Assembly (NCBI GenBank): GCA_910587165.1
Contig: CAJUKP010000005.1
Span: forward strand, 5,050 to 69,049
Length of the DNA: 64,000 bases
Direction of reading: 5' to 3'
Source of the DNA: an uncultured Duncaniella sp.
GTDB lineage: Bacteria > Bacteroidota > Bacteroidia > Bacteroidales > Muribaculaceae
Position numbers and translations under genes: made by a program. The notes beneath the pieces are model-generated. The model saw only the letters and a program-made list of their open reading frames with translations, was not told where the DNA came from and did not search any database. The first letter of the stretch is position 1; every line of letters begins with the position of its first letter. Shown here piece after piece: positions 47,326-57,287 of this stretch.

Positions 47326-49737
47326 ATGAAAATCAAGAGTGTTTTATTGTCTCTGTTCCTGGTATGCAGCCTCATGGCTTCAGCCATGACCGACCAGCAG
47401 GTGATCGACTACATAAAGCAGCAGTCAGCCTCCGGCAAAACCGAGAAAGAGATAGGCAAGGAGCTGTTGGCAAAGGGTGTGACCCCCGAACAGGCCAAGC
47501 GAATCAAGGCCAAGTTCGAGTCACAGCAGCAGAGCGAGACCTTAGTGGCCAACCAGAGTGTGGGTGCCGCCAACGCCGAGCGCCGCCACGATGTCTCCAA
47601 CGAGATCTCAGCCGGAGCGGCCGACGAACTCTCCCGCGAGATCGACGAGGGCCATGACGGCAAAGTGTCGGCCCGCAATATCTACGGCCACAAGGTGTTC
47701 AACGCCCGTGCCCTTACATTTGAACCCAGCGAAAACCTCGCCACACCTCAGAACTACCGCCTCGGCCCCGGCGATGAGGTGGTGATCGACATCTGGGGAA
47801 CCTCTGAGGATCATCTGCGCCAGACCATCTCTCCCGAGGGCAGCATCATGATCTCACAGATCGGTCCGGTCTATCTCAACGGACTCACCATCAACGACGC
47901 CAACAAACATATCAAGAGTGCGTTCTCGCGCAAATATGCAGGCATGGAGGAGGCTGATACCGACATCCAGGTGACTCTGGGTCAGGTGCGCACCATCCAG
48001 GTTGACATTCTCGGCGAGGTGGCCACACCCGGAACATTCCGTATGTCACCGTTCTCGAGCGTGTTCCACGCCCTCTACCGCGCCGGCGGTATCAACGACA
48101 TCGGTTCGCTCCGTAACATCCAGGTGCTCCGCAACAACCGCAAGATAGCCGGAGTGGATATCTATGAATACCTCTTCGACGGCAAGACCGGAAGCAACAT
48201 CCGTCTTCAGGAAGGTGACGTGATCATCGTCCCCCCCTACGAGCAGCTCGTTAGCATCGACGGCAACGTAAAGCGCCCCATGTACTACGAGATCAAGCCC
48301 GATGAAACCATCAAGACCATCCTCGACTATGCTGGCGGATTCACCGGCGACGCCTACTCGGGCATGGTGCGTCTCTCGCGTCAGAGCGGCACTGAGAACG
48401 AACTCTACAACATCGACCGCGGTGAATTTGCATCCTATCAGCTTCAGGACGGCGACATCATCACCGTCGGCACCATTCTCGACCGCTACGCCAACCGCGT
48501 TGAGCTCAAGGGTGCTGTCTATCGTCCCGGTATGTTCGCCATCGGCAAAGACATCAAGACCGTGCGCGACCTCATCAAGAAAGCCGACGGTCTCACCGAT
48601 GACGCATATTCCGAACGTGTGCTCCTCTACCGTGAAGGTCCGGATCTGCAGCTCGAAGTGCTCGCTCTTGACCTGAAGAGCATACTTGCAGGCACCGCCC
48701 CCGACATCACACTCAAACGCAACGATATGCTCGTGATCTCGAGCATCCACGAACTCGAGGAGCGCGGAGCCATCACAATCGCAGGACAGGTGGCCCGCCC
48801 CGGCACCTATCCATACGCCGACAACATCACTCTTGAAGACCTCATCTTCCAGGCCGGCGGCCTGCTTCAGGGCGCATCGACCGCCCGTGTCGACATCTCC
48901 CGCCGCATCATAGATCCCGAGTCGACCACCGCCACCGAACAGCTCTCCCAGCTCTTCACCGTCTCGATCGAGAACGGTCTGGCCGTTGGCAACGCCCGTG
49001 GATTCATCCTCATGCCTTACGACCGTGTCGAGGTGCGCCGCAGCCCCGGCTACTCCGCCCAGCACACAGTGTCGGTGAACGGCGAAGTGCTCTTCGAGGG
49101 AGCATACGTGCTCGAGCACCGCAACGAGCGTCTCACCGAGATCGTGCGCCGAGCAGGCGGTATCATCGACGGTGCATACATCAAGGGTGCAAGCCTCTCC
49201 CGCCAGCTGTCCGAATCGGAATTCCTCGGCCGCAAGGAGGCTCTCCGTCTGGCCATGATGAACAGTCAGGCAGGTATGGGCGACTCCATCGCGCTCAGCA
49301 AGATCGACGTGGCCCGCACATACAATGTGGGTATCGACCTTCAGAAAGCACTCGAGAATCCCGGCTCATCCTACGACGTGGTGCTCCAGCCCGGCGACGC
49401 GCTCTTCATACCTCAGGAGCAGAGCGTGGTGAAGATCTCCGGCGACGTGATGTTCCCCAACGCCGTTGTCTATGTTCCCGGCAAGAAGCTCAAATATTAT
49501 ATTGACCAGGCCGGTGGTTATGGCCAGCGCGCCAAGAAGGGCAAGGCATTCATCGTCTACCTCAACGGAACTGTGGCCAAGGCCAAGAAGAACACCCCCA
49601 TCGAGCCCGGATGCCAGATCATAATCCCCTCCAAGCCCAACAAAGGCACCACCGACTGGACCAAGATCCTCGCATTCGCCACGAGCTTCTCGTCAGTAGC
49701 CACAATGGCAGCTACCATCACAAACATATTCAAATAA
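47326..49737 (+). CDS. Polysaccharide export protein with SLBB repeats (Wza/KpsD-like)
   Basis: 'NYRLGPGDEV.IDIWG', repeated 'GEV..PG', 'AGG' and 'L..GD.I.VP' SLBB modules. Confidence 0.9.
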   Translation: MKIKSVLLSLFLVCSLMASAMTDQQVIDYIKQQSASGKTEKEIGKELLAKGVTPEQAKRIKAKFESQQQSETLVANQSVGAANAERRHDVSNEISAGAADELSREIDEGHDGKVSARNIYGHKVFNARALTFEPSENLATPQNYRLGPGDEVVIDIWGTSEDHLRQTISPEGSIMISQIGPVYLNGLTINDANKHIKSAFSRKYAGMEEADTDIQVTLGQVRTIQVDILGEVATPGTFRMSPFSSVFHALYRAGGINDIGSLRNIQVLRNNRKIAGVDIYEYLFDGKTGSNIRLQEGDVIIVPPYEQLVSIDGNVKRPMYYEIKPDETIKTILDYAGGFTGDAYSGMVRLSRQSGTENELYNIDRGEFASYQLQDGDIITVGTILDRYANRVELKGAVYRPGMFAIGKDIKTVRDLIKKADGLTDDAYSERVLLYREGPDLQLEVLALDLKSILAGTAPDITLKRNDMLVISSIHELEERGAITIAGQVARPGTYPYADNITLEDLIFQAGGLLQGASTARVDISRRIIDPESTTATEQLSQLFTVSIENGLAVGNARGFILMPYDRVEVRRSPGYSAQHTVSVNGEVLFEGAYVLEHRNERLTEIVRRAGGIIDGAYIKGASLSRQLSESEFLGRKEALRLAMMNSQAGMGDSIALSKIDVARTYNVGIDLQKALENPGSSYDVVLQPGDALFIPQEQSVVKISGDVMFPNAVVYVPGKKLKYYIDQAGGYGQRAKKGKAFIVYLNGTVAKAKKNTPIEPGCQIIIPSKPNKGTTDWTKILAFATSFSSVATMAATITNIFK

Positions 49738-49761
49738 ACCGGTATATCCCCCACCTACATC

Positions 49762-50853
49762 ATGCAGGAAGATATAGATATCAGAAAGGACCAGGACGAG
49801 GAGCAGGAGATCGACCTTCTCGAACTGGCGATGAAACTCTGGAAACAACGTAAGAAACTGATCATCTGGAGCGTCTGTGGCGCGGTGCTGGGACTCGTAG
49901 TGGCTTTCAGCATCCCCAAGGAATATGCGACGTCAGTGAAACTCGCGCCTGAGATCACCGACACCAAGGCTTCGGCCGGAGGTCTCGGAGCACTGGCATC
50001 AATGGCCGGACTCTCCACCGGGTCGGCTGCCGGCATGGACGCCGTATATCCTCAGCTCTATCCCGATGTGGTCAGCTCAGTGCCTTTCGCGACAGGTCTC
50101 TTCGACGTAGAGGTGACTACCGACGAGGATGGCCGCAAAATGACTGTCCGCCAGTTTCTCGAGGAAGAGACAAGAGCTCCCTGGTGGAGCGCCGTGATAG
50201 GTTTCCCGTTCAAGGTGCTCGGTGCATTTCTCAGCTCCGACGAGGAGGTGGACGCCAACCATAAGCTTGACAGCTTCCGCCTCACCCGCGACGAGAACGA
50301 TCTTGTCGAGGCCCTCACACAACGCGTCACTGCATCCGTGGACCAGAAGACCTCTGTGGTCACCATTGATGTCAGTATGCAGGATCCCCTCGTGTCGGCA
50401 ATCCTCGCCGACACCGTGGTGGCACGTCTGCAGGCATACGTCACAAACTACCGTACCAACAAGGCCCGCAACGATCTCGAATATGCCGAGAAACTGAAGG
50501 AAGAAGCCAAGGCTGACTACTACAAGGCACAGCAGCGCTATGCCGATTATCTTGACCGCAATCAGGGTATAGCTTTCCGCTCCGCCCAGACCATGAGGGA
50601 GCGTCTCGAGAATGAGGCCGCCCTTGCCTTCAACCTCTTCAACCAGACCGCCCAGCAGGTGCAGAAGGCTCAGGCCAAGGTGCAGGAAAACACCCCTGTC
50701 TATGCCATCATCACCCCTGCCACCGTGCCCGTCAGGGCTGCGAGTCCCCGCAAGGCTCTGATACTCGTTGGCTTCACATTCCTTGCCTTCGTGGCCTGCG
50801 CTGCATGGATCCTTTTCCTCCAGCCCATGCTCGAGAATGCAAAGAATAAATAA
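49762..50853 (+). CDS. Chain-length determinant (Wzz/PCP family)
   Basis: 'EIDLLEL...LW', N- and C-terminal TM segments, 'P.EY....LAPE', 'LYPDVV.S', coiled coil, 'PATVP...SPRK'. Confidence 0.88.
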   Translation: MQEDIDIRKDQDEEQEIDLLELAMKLWKQRKKLIIWSVCGAVLGLVVAFSIPKEYATSVKLAPEITDTKASAGGLGALASMAGLSTGSAAGMDAVYPQLYPDVVSSVPFATGLFDVEVTTDEDGRKMTVRQFLEEETRAPWWSAVIGFPFKVLGAFLSSDEEVDANHKLDSFRLTRDENDLVEALTQRVTASVDQKTSVVTIDVSMQDPLVSAILADTVVARLQAYVTNYRTNKARNDLEYAEKLKEEAKADYYKAQQRYADYLDRNQGIAFRSAQTMRERLENEAALAFNLFNQTAQQVQKAQAKVQENTPVYAIITPATVPVRAASPRKALILVGFTFLAFVACAAWILFLQPMLENAKNK

Positions 50854-50913
50854 TCCGGAACAATAGGGCGATAAACCCTTCCAAAACCGACAACTCCCTC
50901 TAACCTCATAAAA

Positions 50914-51828
50914 GTGCTTCGTATATATCTCTTGATATTAGCAATCACATCAGCCACCTGTGCCGCTTCGGCCCAGGTGGCCGATGTGTTGTCATATATG
51001 CTCTCGGCAAGCGAGTCACCCGAACCTGCCGAAACGGCTTCAACCACCATCGGAAACTCAGACGACAATATGTCAGGGGTGCTCTCGCTCATAGCCTCGT
51101 CATCACCCGCAAAACCATCGCAACTTAGCCCGCTAGACTACATCACCGGGGCATATCAGTCCGGTTCATACCACCATTCCGGAGTGATGTCAGGTGTAAA
51201 ACTCTCCGATATGGGCTCACTCACCATTCATCCCGGTCACCGTGGCACCATATACACTCCCGGCTGGGGCGAGGTGACGTCCGGTTTCGGTTTCCGCAAG
51301 AAGTTCGGACGTATGCACTACGGCATCGACGTGTCGATGGGTGTGGGCGACACCGTGTGTGCCCCGCTGCCCGGACGTGTCAAGCTCGTCAAATATGATC
51401 CCAAGGGTTATGGCCACTATGTGGTGATGGCGCACGAAGGTGGCATGGAGACACGCTATGCCCACCTGTCGGTGCCTCTCGTGAGCATGGGTGACTATGT
51501 GACCACAGGCGAACCCATAGCTCTCAGCGGAAGCTCCGGCAATTCCACAGGCCCCCATCTCCACTTCGAGACAAGATATATGGGCAAGGCCGTGGATCCC
51601 CGAACTGTGTTTGATTTCTCATCCGGCTTTCCGGCCGCCGGTGTGATGCCGTCCGCCGGGAGTGAGAAATCAGCCCTGAACGGAAAACGCACCTACGTAG
51701 TGCGCCCGGGGGATACCATAGACGATGTTGCCCGTAAGACGGGACTGACCACCATGCGTCTCTGTCAGCTCAATTTCATATCCGAGGATTCCCCGCTCAA
51801 TCCAGGCACGATGCTTATCGTCAGATGA
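50914..51828 (+). CDS. M23 metallopeptidase with C-terminal LysM domain
   Basis: 'HYGID', 'RYAHL', 'GNSTGPHLHFE', LysM 'YVVRPGDT...A'. Confidence 0.9.
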   Translation: MLRIYLLILAITSATCAASAQVADVLSYMLSASESPEPAETASTTIGNSDDNMSGVLSLIASSSPAKPSQLSPLDYITGAYQSGSYHHSGVMSGVKLSDMGSLTIHPGHRGTIYTPGWGEVTSGFGFRKKFGRMHYGIDVSMGVGDTVCAPLPGRVKLVKYDPKGYGHYVVMAHEGGMETRYAHLSVPLVSMGDYVTTGEPIALSGSSGNSTGPHLHFETRYMGKAVDPRTVFDFSSGFPAAGVMPSAGSEKSALNGKRTYVVRPGDTIDDVARKTGLTTMRLCQLNFISEDSPLNPGTMLIVR

Positions 51829-51969
51829 CAGCTTTACCGGTCTGAGAACGGACGGTGAGCACCCATACAGATAGCTGTAATAAAGATTGAGAGCGAACAA
51901 ATGTTAAAATCACTTGTTTTAACGCAAAACGGTGTTTTTAACCCTTGATCTCAAAAACAGCTATTGTTT

Positions 51970-53667
51970 ATGGAATGGATAATTGAAATTTTCCGAAATA
52001 ATCCCGTCATACCTATTTTTCTCACCATCGGACTCGGTTTCTGGCTTGGAGGTTTGAAATTCAAGTCATTTTCCCTCGGACCGGTCACGGCTACCCTTAT
52101 CGTCGGGGTGCTTATAGGACAGATGGACATTCCGGTGTCGGAGACTCTCAAGAGCGTATCGTTCATGCTTTTTCTGTTCGCCATCGGATATAGCGTTGGC
52201 CCGCAGTTTTTCCGCTCGCTCAAGGGGGACGGTCTGAAACAGATAAGTTTCGCTCTGGTCGAAGTGGCCTTGTGTATAATCACAGTCGTGGCCGTCTGCC
52301 TTGTCATGGGTTATGACAAGGGTACAGCCGTGGGGCTGTTCTCGGGTTCACAGGCATTCTCAGCCGTAATCGGAGTGGGCACAAGTACAATCCGCTCGCT
52401 CGGTCTGCCTGCCGATATGCAACAGAAGTACCTTGATATCATCCCTGCCTGCTATGCCGTGTGTTATGTATTCGGCACCATCGGTTCGGCATGGGTGATA
52501 GCCAATCTCGGCCCGCGTATGCTCGGAGGCCTTGCTAAAGTGAGGGAACAGACCGCACAGCTCGAGGCGGAGATGGATTCCGGAGACATCGTGCCTGACG
52601 CCGGAACGTTCGTGGCCAACCGCCCCATATCTTTCAGAGCCTACAAGGCCGAATCAGACTATTTCGACAGACCGCGCACCGTGGTGGAAATCGAGGAACA
52701 TATCGCGGAACTCGGACTCCGCCATTTCATCGAGCGGCTCAGACTACGCGGTGAGATCCTTGACCCGCAACCGGAGCTGAAGGTGAGGAAGGGTGACGTG
52801 ATCGTGCTGAGCGGACGCCGCGAGTCGATCATCGACGATGCCGGCTGGATAGGTCAGGAGGTGACGGACCACGAGCTGCTGAACTTCGCGGCCGAGAATC
52901 TGCCCGTGACTGTATCAAGGTCGGGCGCATCAGGCATGACACTGCGCGAACTGAAAAGTCAGGACTATATGAGAGGCGTGATGGTGCACAAGCTGCTCCG
53001 CAACGATATGAGCATCCCTGTGAGGGGAAAGACGCGCCTCGAGACGGGTGATGTGCTTACCCTTGTGGGACTCCCCCAGGATGTGTCGGTGGCCGTGCCC
53101 GAGATAGGATATTCCGACAGGCCGACCGAGGATACCGACATGGTGTTCATGGGTCTCGGCATCGCGACAGGCTGCTTCATCGGTGCGCTGACAATGTATC
53201 TCAAGGGTATTCCTGTGTCGCTGAGCACCAGCGGCGGAGCTATACTGGCCGGTCTTATACTCGGCTGGCTCCGCAACAAGAGGCCGACATTCGGCCGCAT
53301 CCCACGACCTGTGATATGGTTCATGAACAACATGGGTCTGAATATGTTCATAGCGGTCGTGGGCCTCGCCGCCGGACCGACGTTCATATCCGGACTCAGG
53401 GAGGTCGGGATCGAGCTGTTTATCGTCGGCATCGTATGCACCTCCGTGCCGCTGATACTGTCGATCATAATAGGCCACAAGGTGTTTCACTTTCCACCAG
53501 CTGTAACGCTGGGATGTGTGGCCGGAAGCCGCAACGCTGTGGCCGCTCTCGGAGCCATACAGGACAATCTGGACAGCACACTACCGGCGATGAGCTACAC
53601 AGTGACCTACGCTGTCGGGAGCATCACCCTGATATTCGCCGGCATGGTGGTGCCTCTGGTAATCTGA
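51970..53667 (+). CDS. aspT: Aspartate:alanine antiporter (AspT/YidE/YbjL family)
   Basis: 'LG.VTATLIVGV', 'FLFAIGYSVGPQFF', two TrkA-C-like domains, 'NMFIAVVG', 'YTVTYAVG'. Confidence 0.85.
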   Translation: MEWIIEIFRNNPVIPIFLTIGLGFWLGGLKFKSFSLGPVTATLIVGVLIGQMDIPVSETLKSVSFMLFLFAIGYSVGPQFFRSLKGDGLKQISFALVEVALCIITVVAVCLVMGYDKGTAVGLFSGSQAFSAVIGVGTSTIRSLGLPADMQQKYLDIIPACYAVCYVFGTIGSAWVIANLGPRMLGGLAKVREQTAQLEAEMDSGDIVPDAGTFVANRPISFRAYKAESDYFDRPRTVVEIEEHIAELGLRHFIERLRLRGEILDPQPELKVRKGDVIVLSGRRESIIDDAGWIGQEVTDHELLNFAAENLPVTVSRSGASGMTLRELKSQDYMRGVMVHKLLRNDMSIPVRGKTRLETGDVLTLVGLPQDVSVAVPEIGYSDRPTEDTDMVFMGLGIATGCFIGALTMYLKGIPVSLSTSGGAILAGLILGWLRNKRPTFGRIPRPVIWFMNNMGLNMFIAVVGLAAGPTFISGLREVGIELFIVGIVCTSVPLILSIIIGHKVFHFPPAVTLGCVAGSRNAVAALGAIQDNLDSTLPAMSYTVTYAVGSITLIFAGMVVPLVI

Positions 53668-53683
53668 CGGGGATAATACAGCC

Positions 53684-55051
53684 TCAGATCTCGCGCACGT
53701 AGATCTGGGCGTTCTCATATTTCGTGACCCTCACGCGGGTACCGGCATGGAGAAATCCGGCCACGGCCACAGCGTCGAGGGTCTCGTCGCCAATCCTGAC
53801 CTTACCGGCAGGACGCATATCGGTGACAGCCTCTCCCTCGGAACCGATGTAGCGGGCCGGGGTCATGTCGACTCCCACAAATCCGTCGGAGACTTTCAGC
53901 TCGGTGAGCAGGTCGGTGTGACGGCGTATCCATTTAGGTCCGTGTGAGGAGGTGAGATACCAGATGGCGGCGATGGCCAGCAATGTACCGGCCGCAAAGA
54001 TGCCGAGCGACATCCACACTGCCCCGACATCGGCATGACTCAGGGTGAAGGTGTAGTTTTCTATCAACCCGAATATTATGGAGAGGGAGATGCACACGAT
54101 GCCGGCTATGCCTGTCACACCGAAACCGGGCACGACGAAAAGCTCGAGAAGAATGAGAACAAGCCCGACAACAAAGAGCAGTATGATCCACGGCGACGCG
54201 ATGCCGGTGAGATAGATCGGGAGGAAATAGAGAGTGGCGGCGGTGAGAGCAGCAGCCGAAGGGAAACCCATTCCGGCTGTGTGCAGCTCCATATAGATAC
54301 CTCCGATGATGATCATGATAAGCACAGCCTGTACGGCAGGATTGGTGAGGAAGCCTATGAGACGGTCGGTCCAGGTGGGGAGATATTCGGCCATCGAATA
54401 GTCTTCCACATCGAGATGTGACAGCACTTCGCGGACACTCTCGGCCTTGCCGTCGGCATAGCCCCAGCGTATGGCCTCGTCAGGGGTGAAAGTGAGCACC
54501 CGGGTGGAGTCGATAAGTCCCGGGACTACCACACGCGAATCCACCATGGCCTCGGCTATGGCCGGGTTGCGGCGCCATGTCACCGTGGAGTCGGCGCCCA
54601 TTGTCTTGCCGTGGTGTTCGGCGGTGGCGCGCATCATGGCCCGCATATATGACTGATATTTATCGGGCATGGCGGCACCGTCGGCACCGTTGACCACCGT
54701 GGCCGCGCCCATCGAAGACCCCGAACGCATGAAGACGGTGTCGCACGACAAGGCTATCAGCGCACCCGCCGATGCGGCGTTGTTGTCGACGAACGCCACC
54801 ACGGGCCGCTCGAAATTGAGCAGCGATGTGCGTATTGAGTCGGCATGGACCAGCGAGCCGCCGTAGGTGTTCAGATGAACGAGCAGGATGTCGGCATCAA
54901 GTTCGCGGGCACTTCTGAGTGCCTCGCGTGTGTACCGCCATGTGCTCGAGCCAATCTCGTCGTCAAGACGAAGCATATACACGAGTTTCTCCCCGGCTCC
55001 GGCCGAGAGAGTGAAAATGCAGAGGATGAGGGAAATGAGAAGTCTGTGCAT
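53684..55051 (-). CDS. NfeD-family membrane-bound ClpP-like serine protease
   Basis: Start MHRLLIS at 55051; 'LNTYGG', 'NAASAGALIAL', 'MGAATVV', TM bundle, OB-fold 'TDMRPAGK'. Confidence 0.88.
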   Translation of the reverse strand: MHRLLISLILCIFTLSAGAGEKLVYMLRLDDEIGSSTWRYTREALRSARELDADILLVHLNTYGGSLVHADSIRTSLLNFERPVVAFVDNNAASAGALIALSCDTVFMRSGSSMGAATVVNGADGAAMPDKYQSYMRAMMRATAEHHGKTMGADSTVTWRRNPAIAEAMVDSRVVVPGLIDSTRVLTFTPDEAIRWGYADGKAESVREVLSHLDVEDYSMAEYLPTWTDRLIGFLTNPAVQAVLIMIIIGGIYMELHTAGMGFPSAAALTAATLYFLPIYLTGIASPWIILLFVVGLVLILLELFVVPGFGVTGIAGIVCISLSIIFGLIENYTFTLSHADVGAVWMSLGIFAAGTLLAIAAIWYLTSSHGPKWIRRHTDLLTELKVSDGFVGVDMTPARYIGSEGEAVTDMRPAGKVRIGDETLDAVAVAGFLHAGTRVRVTKYENAQIYVREI

Positions 55052-55059
55052 TGTATGGG

Positions 55060-56121
55060 TCACGTTGTTTTGTTTCTGAATCCACGTCTGAGCCATCCCG
55101 GAAGGATGAAACACCCTATGATAAGGTAGACATAATAGCTTATGATGCGCCAGAAGAGCGCGATGACGAGCGCCATGCCGGCCGATCCGAGCAGATCGCC
55201 GTAGTAGGTGGTGAAAAGCCATTCGCTGATACCTGCTCCACCGGGAGTGGGGCTCACCATAAGGATGACCCACACCACAAACTGGCGGGCGAGCACCACA
55301 GTCTGTGATGCCCCGGGAGCGAAACCAAGGAAGAGGGCGTTGACAAGCAGGAAGCGTGAGAGCCATGACGCGGCGGTGGCCCCGAATGCCCGCGCCCACC
55401 ACATCGCGGGACGCCGGCGCAGCTCGCGCCCGGTGGTCTCCATATCAGCTCCGAGGGCGTCGGCCCTGGCGCTCCAGCGTCGCAGCCAACGGAAGCGGAA
55501 GAGGCGGTTGATGGCCGTCCGGATGGCCCGTGGTTTCACGAGTATGCCGAGGAATAGTATTGTGGTCCATGCGAAGACAAGGGCATAAATGCCCCAGAAT
55601 GCACTCTGGAGTCCGATGGTGAACGACTGTGGCCCGAATCCGAACAACTCACTGTAGGGCACGAGGAATATGAAGAGCGGCAGCGCGATGACAAAGAAGA
55701 GATTGTCGAGGAATAGCGTTGTCATCATGAGTGTGGTTCCCTTGCCCAGTTCTATGCCTTCGCGATGAAGAAAGAGCATCCCTAACGCGCTGCCTCCGGC
55801 GGAAGTGGGGGTGACACAGGAGGTGAACTCCACAAGCAGGCACACGCGGACACACTGCACCCATGTGAGGGCTTTGTCGGTGAGCACTCTGAAACGCCAG
55901 CTCATGCCCCAATCACGTCCGATCATGAAGATGAGCGCGAGCCCGATACACCACACGACACGCGAGTCCCATCTGATGGAGTCCCATACGTCCGGATTGA
56001 ATTCACGGCTGAAGAGCCACCACACCACGGCCATCCCGATTGCTATCGGGACAAGCATTTTCCACGCGAGGCTGAATATGCGGCGGGTGGGAGACTGTTC
56101 GGTGTCGGATGATCTGCTCAT
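55060..56121 (-). CDS. UPF0104 / lysylphosphatidylglycerol-synthase-TM (flippase-like) membrane protein
   Basis: 'EFTSCVTPTSAGG', 'SPTPGGAG..E', 'WR.ISYY.YL'. Confidence 0.85.
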   Translation of the reverse strand: MSRSSDTEQSPTRRIFSLAWKMLVPIAIGMAVVWWLFSREFNPDVWDSIRWDSRVVWCIGLALIFMIGRDWGMSWRFRVLTDKALTWVQCVRVCLLVEFTSCVTPTSAGGSALGMLFLHREGIELGKGTTLMMTTLFLDNLFFVIALPLFIFLVPYSELFGFGPQSFTIGLQSAFWGIYALVFAWTTILFLGILVKPRAIRTAINRLFRFRWLRRWSARADALGADMETTGRELRRRPAMWWARAFGATAASWLSRFLLVNALFLGFAPGASQTVVLARQFVVWVILMVSPTPGGAGISEWLFTTYYGDLLGSAGMALVIALFWRIISYYVYLIIGCFILPGWLRRGFRNKTT

Positions 56122-56188
56122 AGTCCTTCAAACCACAAAAGTAACGAATTTCCTTCTCAATAGCAATAATACTTATCAGGAAAAGAGA

Positions 56189-56323
56189 TTACTTGTCATG
56201 ACAAGGGTACAGAAGAACATAAGGACAAAAGAAACAAAAAATAAACTTCTGAAACAGTTTAACCTCAAAAAAATCTGTTTCTTGTGTCCTTATGTTCTTC
56301 TGTACCCTCGTTTTAACAAGTAA
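56189..56323. repeat. Long palindromic element, copy 2 (48-bp arms, 5 mismatches)
   Basis: TTACTTGTCATGACAAGGGTACAGAAGAACATAAGGACAAAAGAAACA (56189-56236) pairs with 56276-56323; left arm 42/49 identical to copy 1. Confidence 0.9.
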
Positions 56324-56330
56324 CTTCCTC

Positions 56331-57287
56331 TTAGAATTTTTGTCTTTTGATTTTGCCGGAGGTTGCGGTGCGGGGGATTTCGGGAAGGTGGATGATATCG
56401 ACCGGACAATGATGGAGCGGCAGCAATGGACGCAGGGATTGGAGGAGTTCGTGCCCCACAAGAGGAGAATCGGTCACCACCACAGCCTCTTCGCCCCAAC
56501 GGAGCGATTGACGGGAGGTGACGTAGGCCGTCACTCCGGAAGGTAGCATTGGCATAAGCACCCGCTCCACCTCCTCGGGGTGTATCTTTACTCCGCCGGA
56601 ATTGATCACATTGTCATACCGGCCGAGCCACCGGAAGGTGACATCAGACCGGAGTTCCGCAATGTCGTTGGTGATGAGTGTGCCGAACGAGAGTGTGGAC
56701 GAATGTATCACGAGACATCCGCGCCGGTCCAACGAGAATTCATAGCCCGGGAGCGCATTGAAACACTCCTCGCCCACCCTGCGGAGGGCTACATGGCTGC
56801 AGGTCTCGGTCATGCCATAGGTTGCGTAGGCTCTTATGCCGGTAGCGGCCAGGACGCGCTCATCGGACGCCGGAAGTGGCGCACCTCCAATTATCAGATT
56901 GTCGACAAGTGGGAAAGCGGCTGATTCCATGAGTCCACCGAGCTGTGAGGGGACGATGGGGAGCAGCGAGATCCGCTCCGTGCAGGCAACACTGCCGAGC
57001 GGACGGGAGGAAGGATTCTCCACCACAAGCCGGCATCCGGCAGTCAGCGCCCTGACAATCTGCATCTTTCCGGCTATGTATGACGGACTGAGCGGAAGAT
57101 ACAGCAGCGAACCGCACCCGAGACCGAAGAACTCAATGGTGGCGCGCGCCGAAGCCTCCATGTCAGATTTGAGAAGCTCTATCTCCTTGGGTGTGCCGGT
57201 GGATCCTGAGGTATGGGCCGTGACGGTGGGAGATGCGGAGCGCCATTCTCTGACAAAGGCCTCGGCCTCAGGGGTCAGAACAAGCAT
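56331..57287 (-). CDS. menE: O-succinylbenzoate--CoA ligase (short Bacteroidota type)
   Basis: 'TSGSTGTPK', 'YIAGKM', 'IIGGAP', 'YGMTETCSH', 'GRYDNVINSGGVK'; start MLVLT at 57287. Confidence 0.9.
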   Translation of the reverse strand: MLVLTPEAEAFVREWRSASPTVTAHTSGSTGTPKEIELLKSDMEASARATIEFFGLGCGSLLYLPLSPSYIAGKMQIVRALTAGCRLVVENPSSRPLGSVACTERISLLPIVPSQLGGLMESAAFPLVDNLIIGGAPLPASDERVLAATGIRAYATYGMTETCSHVALRRVGEECFNALPGYEFSLDRRGCLVIHSSTLSFGTLITNDIAELRSDVTFRWLGRYDNVINSGGVKIHPEEVERVLMPMLPSGVTAYVTSRQSLRWGEEAVVVTDSPLVGHELLQSLRPLLPLHHCPVDIIHLPEIPRTATSGKIKRQKF

